A DNA stretch of 64,000 nt from Patescibacteria group bacterium (GTDB lineage Bacteria > Patescibacteriota > Patescibacteriia > Patescibacteriales > JBAZCA01), in assembly GCA_041661505.1 (NCBI GenBank), contig JBAZUF010000002.1:140201-204200 (forward strand). The letters run 5' to 3'. Numbering within the stretch: the first letter of the stretch is position 1; every line of letters starts with the position of its first letter. Both the position numbers and the translations under genes were made by a program. Below the pieces are notes generated by a model. The model saw only the letters and a program-made list of their open reading frames with translations. It was not told where the DNA came from and did not search any database. Of this stretch, positions 54,135-63,264 are shown piece by piece.

Positions 54135-55175
54135 ATGCCTGATATAAAAGATACGCCGAAAAATTTAGGCTATAGAATGCCGGCCGAATGGGAGCGGCAT
54201 TCTTCGGTTTGGCTTTCCTGGCCTTATGACCGTGAATCTTTTCCGGGTGAGGTTTTAGATAAGACCGAAGAAACTTATTGTGAAATTATTTCCAATCTGA
54301 CCGACAGCGAAAAGGTTGAATTATTGGTAACCGGAGAAGAAATGAAAGACCGGGCAATAGTTAAATTAAAAGCGTATAACGTGGATTTTAATAATGTAAA
54401 TATCCAAGTCGCCGATTACGCTGACGTCTGGTTCCGGGATTTTGGGCCGTCGTTTATTGTTAATGATAAGACCAAGGAAATGGCCATGGTCAATTGGGAC
54501 TATAATGCCTATAACCGCTGGCCGGAACTTTTAAAGGACGATAAAATATCGGCTTGGATGAATGAAAAGCTGGGCCTGCCATGTTTTAAGCCGGGAATTG
54601 TTTTAGAAGGCGGAGCGATTGAAGTAAACGGCAAAGGTACGCTTTTAACCACCGAGCAATGCGCTTTAAATGAAAACCGCAATAAGGGAATGACTAAGGA
54701 AAAAATGGAACAAATTTTTAGCGATTATCTAGGGGTTGCCAACATCATCTGGCTAAAAAAAGGTTTAACTAACGATCATACCGACGGCCACATCGACAAT
54801 ATTGCCCGGTTCGTTAATCCAACGACCATTGTTTATGCCTGGACGGACGATGAGTCATCGGCCGATTACGCAAATCTTAAAGAAAACCTGGAGATTTTGG
54901 AAAAGGCCAAGGGTCAAGACGGCCGGAGCTTTAATCTAATTAAAATGCCTTTGGCGCCGGTTAAAAACGTTGAAGGCTGTAATGTTTCCAGCTTAAATTT
55001 TTATATCGCTAACAAAGTTGTCTTAGTCCCGGTTTTCGGCCATAATAATGATAAGGTGGCTTTGGCGATTATCGGGGAGGCTTTTCCGGGCAGAAAAGTA
55101 GCCGGCATTAATTGCGCTGACCTTATTTACGGCGGCGGCACAATCCACTGCGCGACCCGCGAACAGCCCGGCTAA
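54135..55175 (+). CDS. aguA: Agmatine deiminase
   Basis: 346 aa with MPAEWERHSSVWLSWP, DVWFRDFGP, HTDGHIDN and the C-terminal GGGTIHCATREQP. Confidence 0.88.
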   Translation: MPDIKDTPKNLGYRMPAEWERHSSVWLSWPYDRESFPGEVLDKTEETYCEIISNLTDSEKVELLVTGEEMKDRAIVKLKAYNVDFNNVNIQVADYADVWFRDFGPSFIVNDKTKEMAMVNWDYNAYNRWPELLKDDKISAWMNEKLGLPCFKPGIVLEGGAIEVNGKGTLLTTEQCALNENRNKGMTKEKMEQIFSDYLGVANIIWLKKGLTNDHTDGHIDNIARFVNPTTIVYAWTDDESSADYANLKENLEILEKAKGQDGRSFNLIKMPLAPVKNVEGCNVSSLNFYIANKVVLVPVFGHNNDKVALAIIGEAFPGRKVAGINCADLIYGGGTIHCATREQPG

Positions 55176-55211
55176 AAATCAAAAGTAATTTTAAAATAAA
55201 AACATTCATTT

Positions 55212-56177
55212 ATGTGGCTTGTTATCGCTGTTAGCGCCTATTTTATTAACGCGGGAGTTTACCTGGCGGATAAATTTTTACTTTCTAAAAGAATCCACTC
55301 GTCAATCGTTTACGCTTTTTATGTCGGAATTTGGAGCGTCTTTAATTTGTGCCTCCTTATTTTTAATCCTTGGTTTCCAACTTTTGGCGAGCTCATGCTT
55401 GATCTTTTCGCCGGCCTTTTATTTCTATTTACCCTGGTTTTTTGGTACAAGGCCCTGCACCAAAGCGAAGCCACGCGGGTGGTTCCGATTGTCGGGGGAT
55501 TGGTGCCGGTTTTTAGTTTCCTTCTTTCAAGCATTTTTTTGGGGGCCACTCTTACCAATCAGGAGCTTTTAGGCTTTTTGATTCTTATCGCCGGAGGAGT
55601 CCTAATTTCCATTAAACGGACCAGGTTTTATCTTCTTCGAAAAGCCGTTGACCGGGTACGGATGATTTTCGGAGATGTCTTGGGGGAGATTCACGCCCGC
55701 TTCCGCCCCACCCAGCGGCTAATTGCTAATTCCGTTGTTTCCGCTTTTTTCTTTGCCGCTTTTTACGTTTTAATGAAATATATTTATCTCCATCAGCCGT
55801 TTGTCGGCGGTTTTGTCTGGTCGCGGATGGGAACTTTTATCGGCGCTTTGGCTATGCTAGCCGTTCCGGTCTGGAGAAAGGGAATTGCCGAGCACCGGAA
55901 AGCTACGACCGCCCCGAAAAATTTAAGCTTCTTTTTAGGCGTGCGTCTTTTGGCCGCTTTGGCCTTTATCATGCTTAACTGGGCGATATCGCTTGGGAAC
56001 GTCGCTTTGGTTAACGCGCTCCAGGGCGTCCAGTACCTGTTCTTCATTCTTTTTGCCGTTATTATTTCCGCCCGCTTCCCGAAAGTGTTTAAAGAAGAGC
56101 TGGGAAAGGAAGTTTTAATACAAAAATTAATCGGGGTCGGCCTGGTTAGCCTTGGCTTATATATTTTGGTAATCTAA
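55212..56177 (+). CDS. Polytopic membrane protein, DMT/EamA-like (tentative)
   Basis: 321 aa with about 9-10 hydrophobic helices arranged as two halves. It lies upstream of the O-antigen-ligase-like gene. Confidence 0.4.
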   Translation: MWLVIAVSAYFINAGVYLADKFLLSKRIHSSIVYAFYVGIWSVFNLCLLIFNPWFPTFGELMLDLFAGLLFLFTLVFWYKALHQSEATRVVPIVGGLVPVFSFLLSSIFLGATLTNQELLGFLILIAGGVLISIKRTRFYLLRKAVDRVRMIFGDVLGEIHARFRPTQRLIANSVVSAFFFAAFYVLMKYIYLHQPFVGGFVWSRMGTFIGALAMLAVPVWRKGIAEHRKATTAPKNLSFFLGVRLLAALAFIMLNWAISLGNVALVNALQGVQYLFFILFAVIISARFPKVFKEELGKEVLIQKLIGVGLVSLGLYILVI

Positions 56178-56187
56178 TCCGCGGACT

Positions 56188-57609
56188 ATGTTATTCTTTT
56201 TGGCGCTGTATTATCTAATTTTTGCTATTCTTTCCTGGCAAAAGCCGGAGCGGGGAGTAATGATAATAATCTTTGCTTTGCCGTCTTACCTTATCCGCTT
56301 TAATCTCTTTGGCTTGCCTTCAACTTTACTCGAAGGCATGATTTTAATCGCTTTTTTTATCTGGTTTATAAAAAATTACCGGGAGGTTTTTGGCAATATT
56401 AAGAAAAGGATTAAGGGTAAGAAAATTATTGGCTGGGTTAGGTATCCTTTTGACCTGGAGATTGTTTTATTGCTGATCGTGTCAATTATAGCCGCGGGAA
56501 TCGCGTATTTTTCCCGGGAATCTTTGGGAATATGGAAGGCTTATTTTTTTGAACCGATTCTTTTCTTTATTCTATTATTCAACACAATCGGTAAAGACGC
56601 TTTAAACCAAAAAGGCTCTAAGTGGCTGGAAAAAATAATCTGGCCTTTGGCATTATCCTGTCTGGCCGTTTCTGTCCTGGCCGTCTATCAAAAATTCACC
56701 GGCCAATTTATTGATAATCCTTTGTGGGCGGCGGAAAGTACGAGGCGGGTGGTGTCGTTTTTCGGCTACCCGAATGCCGTCGGGCTATTTTTAGGGCCGA
56801 TTTCATTGGTGCTCTTTGGATGGATGGCTAAAGAAAAAGAAAACTTAAGAGCTGAAGGGATGACCGGAAAACTTAAACTACTGGTAATCAGTTTAACCGT
56901 ATTCCTTTCCTGGGCGGCAATCATTTTTGCTAAATCAACCGGCGCGGCTTTAGGGGTAGCGGCCGGACTAATCGTTTTTGCTCTCTTAGGCGGAAAAAGA
57001 ATAAGATTAGTAGTTGCGGCTGGCGCGCTAATCATGGTTATTGGGATAGCGGCCTGCGCTCCGGCCCGGAATTACGCGATTGATAAAATTACCCTGAAAA
57101 CTGTTTCCGGGGAAATAAGGAAACAGCAATGGGAAGAAACCTGGAACATGTTAAAGGACGGAAGATTATTATCCGGCGCCGGACTGGATAATTACCAAAC
57201 GGCGATAAAATCCTATCATCAAGAAGGTATCTGGTTTAACCGGTTTAATGAAAGCGATAAGGATTTTTTAAGAAAAATTATGCAAAGCGAAGAATACCGG
57301 AAGCTCGTCTGGCAGCCGACGGAAATTTACATGTATCCGCATAACATTTTTCTAAATTTCTGGTCCGAACTCGGACTGGCCGGATTGCTTTTATTTGTCT
57401 GGATAATCGGCAAATATTTTTATCTCGGTTTGAGAAGGCTGAAAGACGGGGATTACACGATCTCAGGACTAATCGGCGCTATGGCCGTAATCGTCGTCCA
57501 CGGGTTAGTTGACGTCCCCTACTTTAAAAATGATTTATCAATAATATTTTGGCTTTTTGTTTTTATGCTTAGCGCTATAAACTTGAAAGCCAATATAAAA
57601 AAAGTATGA
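56188..57609 (+). CDS. O-antigen ligase / Wzy_C-family polytopic membrane protein
   Basis: 473 aa with many TM helices. A large loop precedes YPHNIFLNFWSELGLAGLLLF, which is typical of the O-antigen-ligase family. Confidence 0.6.
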   Translation: MLFFLALYYLIFAILSWQKPERGVMIIIFALPSYLIRFNLFGLPSTLLEGMILIAFFIWFIKNYREVFGNIKKRIKGKKIIGWVRYPFDLEIVLLLIVSIIAAGIAYFSRESLGIWKAYFFEPILFFILLFNTIGKDALNQKGSKWLEKIIWPLALSCLAVSVLAVYQKFTGQFIDNPLWAAESTRRVVSFFGYPNAVGLFLGPISLVLFGWMAKEKENLRAEGMTGKLKLLVISLTVFLSWAAIIFAKSTGAALGVAAGLIVFALLGGKRIRLVVAAGALIMVIGIAACAPARNYAIDKITLKTVSGEIRKQQWEETWNMLKDGRLLSGAGLDNYQTAIKSYHQEGIWFNRFNESDKDFLRKIMQSEEYRKLVWQPTEIYMYPHNIFLNFWSELGLAGLLLFVWIIGKYFYLGLRRLKDGDYTISGLIGAMAVIVVHGLVDVPYFKNDLSIIFWLFVFMLSAINLKANIKKV

Positions 57610-57926
57610 CCAACTCTAAATTAGCTTTGCACAGCTTTCTTCACTCGGCCGGCGTGCTGGTTTACATTCTCCTGGTGAGCGTTATTATGAGAAACGCCGA
57701 AAAGATTTTTGGCAAGACAGACACTTTTTTCTCGCCGGTAGCCTTTTTGATGCTTTTCGTTTTCTCGGCATTAGTCACCGGGATCCTTGTTTTAGGGCGG
57801 CCGGCCTATCTTTTTCTTCACGGCCAAAAAGATGAAGCCGTTAAGTTCCTCGGATTTACTGTTGGCTGGATGTTTCTTTTGGTAATCGTTGCCTTCGGAC
57901 TTCTTCTTTTAGCCAAGACCATGTAA
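57606..57926 (+). CDS. Small three-TM membrane protein
   Basis: 106 aa. The start overlaps the preceding stop by 4 nt. Confidence 0.5.
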   Translation: MTNSKLALHSFLHSAGVLVYILLVSVIMRNAEKIFGKTDTFFSPVAFLMLFVFSALVTGILVLGRPAYLFLHGQKDEAVKFLGFTVGWMFLLVIVAFGLLLLAKTM

Positions 57927-58634
57927 ATGAAAATAATCCTCCAAAAATATATTGCCCAATCCGGCTTTTCTTCAAGGCGCAGGGCCGAAGAGCTAATCCG
58001 GCAGGGAAAAGTAATTGTTAACGAAAAAGTTGCTAAGCTTGGCGATAAAATTGACGAAGAAAATCTGCCGGAGATTTTTGTCGATGGCAGAGAATTAAGG
58101 TTGCCAGAAGCGAAAATATATATTAAATTGAATAAGCCGGCCGGATATACCTCGACCGCGGCCCGCTTTAAAGGCGAAAAGAACGTATTTAGTCTGGTAA
58201 AGGTAAAAGAGCGGCTTTTCATTGTCGGGCGATTAGATAAAGCGAGCCGAGGCTTAATTCTTTTAACTAACGACGGCGAGCTCGCCAATAAGCTTACCCA
58301 TCCGCGATATGAAAAAGAAAAAGAATATATTGCAATCGTTAGCGGCAAGAACATAGATACTAAAAAAGCGGTGAGCCAATTTAGCGCCGGTATAGATATC
58401 GGCGAAGGCGATGGAATCGTCCGGGCGAAAAGAGTTAAGTATCAGAGCGGTGGAAAATTTTCAATAGTTTTAACCGAAGGAAAGAAACGCCAGATCCGGC
58501 GGATGTTTAAAGCTTTGGGGCTTGAGGTAATGGATTTAATAAGAGTAAGAATCGGGAAGTTGGGGTTAGGCAGTTTAAAAGAAGGGGAGTGGAAAAAACT
58601 GACCGGCGAAGAGATAAAAAAACTGGAGTCATAA
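57927..58634 (+). CDS. RsuA/RluB-family pseudouridine synthase
   Basis: The N-terminal S4 domain is LQKYIAQSGFSSRRRAEELIRQGKVIVN. The catalytic motif is GRLDKASRGLILLTNDGEL. Confidence 0.87.
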   Translation: MKIILQKYIAQSGFSSRRRAEELIRQGKVIVNEKVAKLGDKIDEENLPEIFVDGRELRLPEAKIYIKLNKPAGYTSTAARFKGEKNVFSLVKVKERLFIVGRLDKASRGLILLTNDGELANKLTHPRYEKEKEYIAIVSGKNIDTKKAVSQFSAGIDIGEGDGIVRAKRVKYQSGGKFSIVLTEGKKRQIRRMFKALGLEVMDLIRVRIGKLGLGSLKEGEWKKLTGEEIKKLES

Positions 58635-58721
58635 AAATTGAATACACGGAGAGGTACGAGAGCGGTTGCCCGCCTCGCCGGCGGGTAAAAATCGGGTAGT
58701 ACAATTAAATAATTATATCGG

Positions 58722-58808
58722 GGAGAGGTGGCCGAGCGGCTGAAGGCACGACTCTCGAAAAGTCGCAGATCCTCACGGGTCTCGAGGGTTCGAATCCCTC
58801 CCTCTCCG
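58722..58808 (+). tRNA. tRNA-Ser (anticodon CGA)
   Basis: GGAGAGGTGGCCGAGCGGCTGAAGGCACGACTCTCGAAAAGTCGCAGATCCTCACGGGTCTCGAGGGTTCGAATCCCTCCCTCTCCG folds with a long variable arm, anticodon loop CUCGAAA and discriminator G. Confidence 0.92.
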
Positions 58809-58832
58809 CATACAACTTTCAATTTAAATTTT

Positions 58833-59576
58833 ATGCCAAATTTTGAGATTAGAAAATTAAGGGAATATTATAATTCGTTAAAAGGAGTTAATAAAGTCTT
58901 AGAAGATTTGACTAAAAAAAATCCAACATGGGCAATAGATGGAGATTTGGTTTTAGAATATGAAAAAGTTATAAACCAGGCAAACACGGACTTACCAGGT
59001 TTATTAGCCCCTTTTAGTAAGAATGAATTTTTTGCATTTCATAGCGTAAACGGCCATGCGCATTACAAGCCAAATGGAATAAAAGCAAATATTGCAAGAA
59101 ATTTAGGAATAATTAAATCGGAAATTGATGACACTGAAAGCATTCCTGTAATTACAGAAAAGAGTTTTGATTTTATAGAAGACGAAAAAATTAAGAAAAT
59201 TTTAGAAAGAGACTACTTAGAAATACAACGTAATTTAATATCTACTAATTGGAAGTCTACAATTTTATTAAGCGGAGGATCAATCGAAGCAATTTTATTG
59301 GATTTACTAAAAAAAGATCAGACCAAAGCAACATCTTCATCTAAGGCTCCTCACGAAAGTGACTTAAATAAATGGGATTTGAACAGTTTGGTAGAGGTAG
59401 CTGTTGAAGAAAATTTTATCGGGTCAGAGATTGCTAAATTAAGCCATACAATAAGAGAATACCGCAATTTAATACATCCAGGTGTTGAAATACGTAACCA
59501 TTTAAAGGTTGAACCGGAAGAAGCAAAAATTGCTATTGAGGTTTTAAATATTCTTGTTAGAGAACTTTCTGGTTGA
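58833..59576 (+). CDS. HEPN-like (Rx4-6H) domain protein, Abi-type candidate
   Basis: 247 aa and markedly AT-rich. The C-terminal helical bundle (RDYLEIQRNLISTNWKSTILLSGGSIEAILLDLL ... HTIREYRNLIHPG) carries R208-x6-H215, coded at 59454-59477. It starts 24 nt after the tRNA-Ser with no obvious SD. The track ORF from 58728 runs through the tRNA and is not credible. Confidence 0.55.
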   Translation: MPNFEIRKLREYYNSLKGVNKVLEDLTKKNPTWAIDGDLVLEYEKVINQANTDLPGLLAPFSKNEFFAFHSVNGHAHYKPNGIKANIARNLGIIKSEIDDTESIPVITEKSFDFIEDEKIKKILERDYLEIQRNLISTNWKSTILLSGGSIEAILLDLLKKDQTKATSSSKAPHESDLNKWDLNSLVEVAVEENFIGSEIAKLSHTIREYRNLIHPGVEIRNHLKVEPEEAKIAIEVLNILVRELSG

Positions 59577-59646
59577 GGGATGTATTTTGTTCCAACGCAA
59601 AAGTTTTAACTTCGTCCTAAACGGGCAGCAAACAAGTTTATAGGGT

Positions 59647-60204
59647 ATGAAATTTAATAAGGTTATTATAAATTTAAAGTACGTTAAAAAAACTCTTAAA
59701 ATTATAGGACTTGTTTTGTCAATATTAGCACTTTTATTTTCCATGTCAGAACATTATGGTGTATGGGATAGATTGCGAGGCACGAATTATCTGCTCGATG
59801 TTTATGCACGACTAGAGACTTCTTACGCTGACGTTGATCGAATTATTTATCCTTACGATCCAGCGTGGAAGCCGTTGTTGCATCTAATATATAGGTATTC
59901 GAGCGCTGATTTTCCAAAAGAGAGAGAGCCTAAGTGTATTGGTCGCGGTCAGGCTACAGCTGCGTTTAAGCAAGATTTAGGAAAAGGTAAAATGACTGAA
60001 TGGACCGCGCCATCAACCCCTTTTGTTATTCTCTATAAAGAATGGCCCGTAGTTGGAGCGGTAAATCCAGAAGATTACCGAATTGTTGGATCAATTGGGG
60101 ATTTAAAAAATTGGATTCAGCAAGACAAGAATGAATTTAATTTCAAAATACATAACATATTCTTTGGAGTACTCTCAATCGCCGTGGCTTGCCTGCTAAT
60201 TTGA
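59647..60204 (+). CDS. Hypothetical protein with one TM helix at each end
   Basis: 185 aa. The N-terminal TM is LKIIGLVLSILALLFSM and the C-terminal TM is IFFGVLSIAVACLLI. The central domain of about 130 aa is unrecognised. Confidence 0.5.
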   Translation: MKFNKVIINLKYVKKTLKIIGLVLSILALLFSMSEHYGVWDRLRGTNYLLDVYARLETSYADVDRIIYPYDPAWKPLLHLIYRYSSADFPKEREPKCIGRGQATAAFKQDLGKGKMTEWTAPSTPFVILYKEWPVVGAVNPEDYRIVGSIGDLKNWIQQDKNEFNFKIHNIFFGVLSIAVACLLI

Positions 60205-60256
60205 ACTTCTAACATAATTTTAAAATAAATATTTATAATTCATTCCCGCAAAAAAT

Positions 60257-60742
60257 ATGGACTCTCAAACAATTAAACCAACCGGCTGTTGCGAGCCGTT
60301 TGAGCCGGGGCCTTGGCAGGACAAGGAAATTACCTGGAAGGATAAGATTTTTGTAAAAGACCACGTTGCCCAGTTTTTGCACATTCCGCTAAATTTCGGG
60401 CAAAAAGTTGTGAAAAACCTGGGATTGATTGAAAAAGCCGGAGCCAAGGCGGACCATCAGCTCATGCTGACCGATGAAAAATCGCTTTGGGGATGCGACA
60501 TCTATATTGATGTAGTTAAAGACGTGCCGGACGCCGAAATGGCCGCCATCTCGGGAACGTTTCTCACTAAAGTTTTTGAAGGGCCTTATCAAAAGGCCGG
60601 AGCCTGGGCCAAAGAAATGAAGGCTTACGTCGAAGGAAAGGGCAAAAAAGTGAAGAAAAATTATTTTTCTTACACCACTTGCCCGAAATGCGCCAAAGCC
60701 TACGGGAAAAATTACGTCGTGCTTTTCGCGCAGATTGATTAA
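60257..60742 (+). CDS. Conserved hypothetical protein with N-terminal GCCEPF and C-terminal CPKC motifs
   Basis: 161 aa. Composition differs from its AT-rich neighbours. I recall similar sequences (IKPTGCC.PF...YTTCPKCAK.YGKNYVV) annotated only as hypothetical in other lineages. Confidence 0.55.
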   Translation: MDSQTIKPTGCCEPFEPGPWQDKEITWKDKIFVKDHVAQFLHIPLNFGQKVVKNLGLIEKAGAKADHQLMLTDEKSLWGCDIYIDVVKDVPDAEMAAISGTFLTKVFEGPYQKAGAWAKEMKAYVEGKGKKVKKNYFSYTTCPKCAKAYGKNYVVLFAQID

Positions 60743-60760
60743 AGGTACACATTGAAATTT

Positions 60761-61678
60761 ATGTACAAGTATTATCATCCCAAGCCAATCATCATAAAAC
60801 TAACAGATGATTTAGGTTTTCAGTTAAGGCAGAAAGCGGCAGGCTATATTGCCGCTAACCAGAATAAAACCGGCGCTGAAAGAGGGAGTAAGGAGGAGCA
60901 AGGGTTTGGCGCGCTTGCGGAAATCGTTATACGGAATAAATTCGGAATGCCTGAAATAAATCCCGAAGATCATCCTCTTGGGCATGATATTCTTTTGCCA
61001 TCCGGGATAAAACTTGATGTAAAATGCCGGGGAGGGTCATTGCCGTTCAAGGAGGAATATGAAAGCAGTGACGGAATCGCAAGGGAGGCAAAACATAATT
61101 TTTTTGCCCGGCAAATTTACGACGAAAAATTGGATGCAGAAATCTATTTAATGACTCATCTGGAAACCCCGAGTAATCGGGAGCTCCCCGGGACCGCACG
61201 CCAGAGAAAATGGATACTATATATTTGCGGCTGGGTATCAAAAGAACGGGTTGCGTGCGAGGGCGTGTATCTACCGCGCGGTTCGCTCACTGAACAAGGA
61301 AGAACATGGTTTACCTATCGCGGGCAGGAAATAGAATTCTATAACCGAAACTTGAATGGCCTGGAGAAGATAGAAGATTTATTAAGTATAGAGAGAGCTG
61401 ATGTTGAAAAAGATAGGTGCCATCAGGGGGATTTGAATTTAACCTTTGTCGACGCAATAAGAATTACTTATGATCTGATTGGACGCGGCGTTCTTAGAGA
61501 GAAGCACTTATTGTACATACAGAAGGAGACCTATCTCAATAAGATAGTAAAGCCAATTCTACATCCTAATCAGTATTTTCATCTATTAAAATGGTTAAAA
61601 GAAAAAGGAGAGCTCGGCGAGACCGAGCTTCAAAAGGCTAAAGAGATATTCAAAGAAGAGTTCTTTGAAAAAATTTAG
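60761..61678 (+). CDS. Putative type II restriction endonuclease (PD-(D/E)xK)
   Basis: A candidate catalytic core reads E..(GALAEIVI)...GHDILLPSGIKLDVKCRG (D-x9-DVK). It is convergent with the methyltransferase and their 3' ends overlap by 4 nt. The ATG at 60761 is preferred over the TTG at 60752. Confidence 0.55.
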   Translation: MYKYYHPKPIIIKLTDDLGFQLRQKAAGYIAANQNKTGAERGSKEEQGFGALAEIVIRNKFGMPEINPEDHPLGHDILLPSGIKLDVKCRGGSLPFKEEYESSDGIAREAKHNFFARQIYDEKLDAEIYLMTHLETPSNRELPGTARQRKWILYICGWVSKERVACEGVYLPRGSLTEQGRTWFTYRGQEIEFYNRNLNGLEKIEDLLSIERADVEKDRCHQGDLNLTFVDAIRITYDLIGRGVLREKHLLYIQKETYLNKIVKPILHPNQYFHLLKWLKEKGELGETELQKAKEIFKEEFFEKI

Positions 61679-62763
61679 AAAAGCTTATTGCTACCGGCTT
61701 TATATTGAGATTCTGCTTTTTTTATTCGTTTTTTTGAAATTTCTATGTAATCAATCTTGTGTTTTTTAAAGAGATATGTTTTTTGATTTTTTTCAATTCC
61801 AATAAATTTTCTCCCTTCTAGAGCTGCCGAAACTAGAAAACTGCCGCTCCCGCAGGTGTTATCCAGGACTATGTCGCCCTCCTTTGTAAAGGTTCGGATA
61901 AGATAGCGGCCAAGCTCTACTGGTTTTTGCGTTGGATGATAAACCTCTCCTTCGCTTTCGGCAGTTTTGAAATATACAACATCAGTAGGGTATCTCTCCC
62001 CGTTACTTTTCACTTCAACAGTTTTAAAGTCTCCATAGCTTCCAGTCAGCTGATCTTTTCTAAAACCTTTGTTGTACGGCTCGCCATTGCTCATTTGAGG
62101 ATTGTAGTCCGGCTGGTTCTTATAGAAAATACAAATATCTTCATGCTTGCGCAACGGTTGTTTTTTGGCATTTAGAAAATTAGTTGGTTTGGATTTAACC
62201 CAGGTAATCTTATATTTGAATAACTTTGGGTTAGACAGCATTAAGCTGGCAGTAAAAAGACCTTGCCCGGTTAAGGCAATAACCCCCTTGTCTTTTATAA
62301 TTCGTTCGTAGTGCGTCCAAATTCGATCAAGAGGAATTAAACTGTCCCAATGATTTTGTGTTGTGCCATAAGGCAGATCGCATAAAATCATATCAATTGA
62401 TTTTGAAGGAATGCCATTCATTATTTTCAAACAGTCGCCTTCTATAACGCGATTTTCAAAATTTTGGATATCCCCTTTTCCCGCAGTAGTTATTTCCTTC
62501 GGTTCTTCCCCGCCAAGATTTTTGCGCAGATACCAAAGGCAATATGTATTAACCGCTAATCCTTCTTCCTGCGCGCGTTTTTCCAACTCCATGTAAGAAT
62601 CCGTCCCTAACAGAATTCTTATCCTATTGCTTTCGAGCTTAGCTATGTTTTTGTATAAATCCTTATTACGATTTCCAAAAGCCAAAACAAGTCCTTTGGA
62701 GTTCTGGTTAGCCTCTTTATAGTCAGGAAAATAAATTGATTTAAAAATTTGATTACTGGGCAT
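61675..62763 (-). CDS. Beta-class N6A/N4C DNA methyltransferase with an extra N-terminal domain of about 100 aa
   Basis: 362 aa. Motif IV DLPYG (ILCDLPYGT) precedes motif I (VLDNTCGSGSF), and HPTQKP is present. The N-terminal segment SYMELEKRAQEEGLAVNTYCLWYLRKNL looks like a ribbon-helix-helix. Confidence 0.85.
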   Translation of the reverse strand: MPSNQIFKSIYFPDYKEANQNSKGLVLAFGNRNKDLYKNIAKLESNRIRILLGTDSYMELEKRAQEEGLAVNTYCLWYLRKNLGGEEPKEITTAGKGDIQNFENRVIEGDCLKIMNGIPSKSIDMILCDLPYGTTQNHWDSLIPLDRIWTHYERIIKDKGVIALTGQGLFTASLMLSNPKLFKYKITWVKSKPTNFLNAKKQPLRKHEDICIFYKNQPDYNPQMSNGEPYNKGFRKDQLTGSYGDFKTVEVKSNGERYPTDVVYFKTAESEGEVYHPTQKPVELGRYLIRTFTKEGDIVLDNTCGSGSFLVSAALEGRKFIGIEKNQKTYLFKKHKIDYIEISKKRIKKAESQYKAGSNKLF

Positions 62764-62840
62764 GGGATTTACGATTTATTTATATTATAGTATGATACCC
62801 TTATTCAATCAACCATATTTATCCACAGAAAATTAAATAC

Positions 62841-63230
62841 ATGGCTAAATTAACAATTAAAACCAAAACCCCAAAAGAAGTAATTGATATTACCGACAAG
62901 GTCAATGAGATTTTGGCAAAGGAAGATGAGAGAGAAGGACTGGTGAATTTATTTGTTACTCATACTACGGCGGCTTTAACTGTCGCGGACTTAGATCCGG
63001 GGACGGATTTGGATATGCTTGATGCCTTCGAGGCCATGTGCCCGAAATTAAATTACCGGCATCCGCATAACCCCGAGCACGCGCCAGACCATATTATGTC
63101 CGCGCTAATCGGCGCAACTCTAACTCTGCCCTTTAACCAAAATGGTTTGATACTCGGCGACTGGCAAAGGGTGGTGCTTATTGAACTAAACGGGCCAAGA
63201 GACCGCCGGATTATTGTTTCTTTAATTTAG
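62841..63230 (+). CDS. yjbQ: YjbQ/UPF0047-family protein (secondary thiamine-phosphate synthase fold)
   Basis: 129 aa. VNLFVTHTTAALTVADLDPG, YRHPHNPEHAPDHIMSALIG, LGDWQRVVLIELNGPRDRR. Confidence 0.85.
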   Translation: MAKLTIKTKTPKEVIDITDKVNEILAKEDEREGLVNLFVTHTTAALTVADLDPGTDLDMLDAFEAMCPKLNYRHPHNPEHAPDHIMSALIGATLTLPFNQNGLILGDWQRVVLIELNGPRDRRIIVSLI

Positions 63231-63264
63231 CTGCCAGCCTCATTAGATTGAGCAAAAAAATAGT

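Noticed and set aside
58728-58832. N-terminal extension of the track ORF 58728..59576.
   Set aside because: The extension is translated straight through the tRNA-Ser gene. The first plausible start is the ATG at 58833.
62819-62827. A second perfect DnaA box, TTATCCACA, between the methyltransferase gene and yjbQ.
   Set aside because: It is isolated, with no neighbouring boxes or AT-rich repeats. About one chance occurrence of a 9-mer is expected in 64 kb on two strands. It mainly weakens the significance of the box at 23593.
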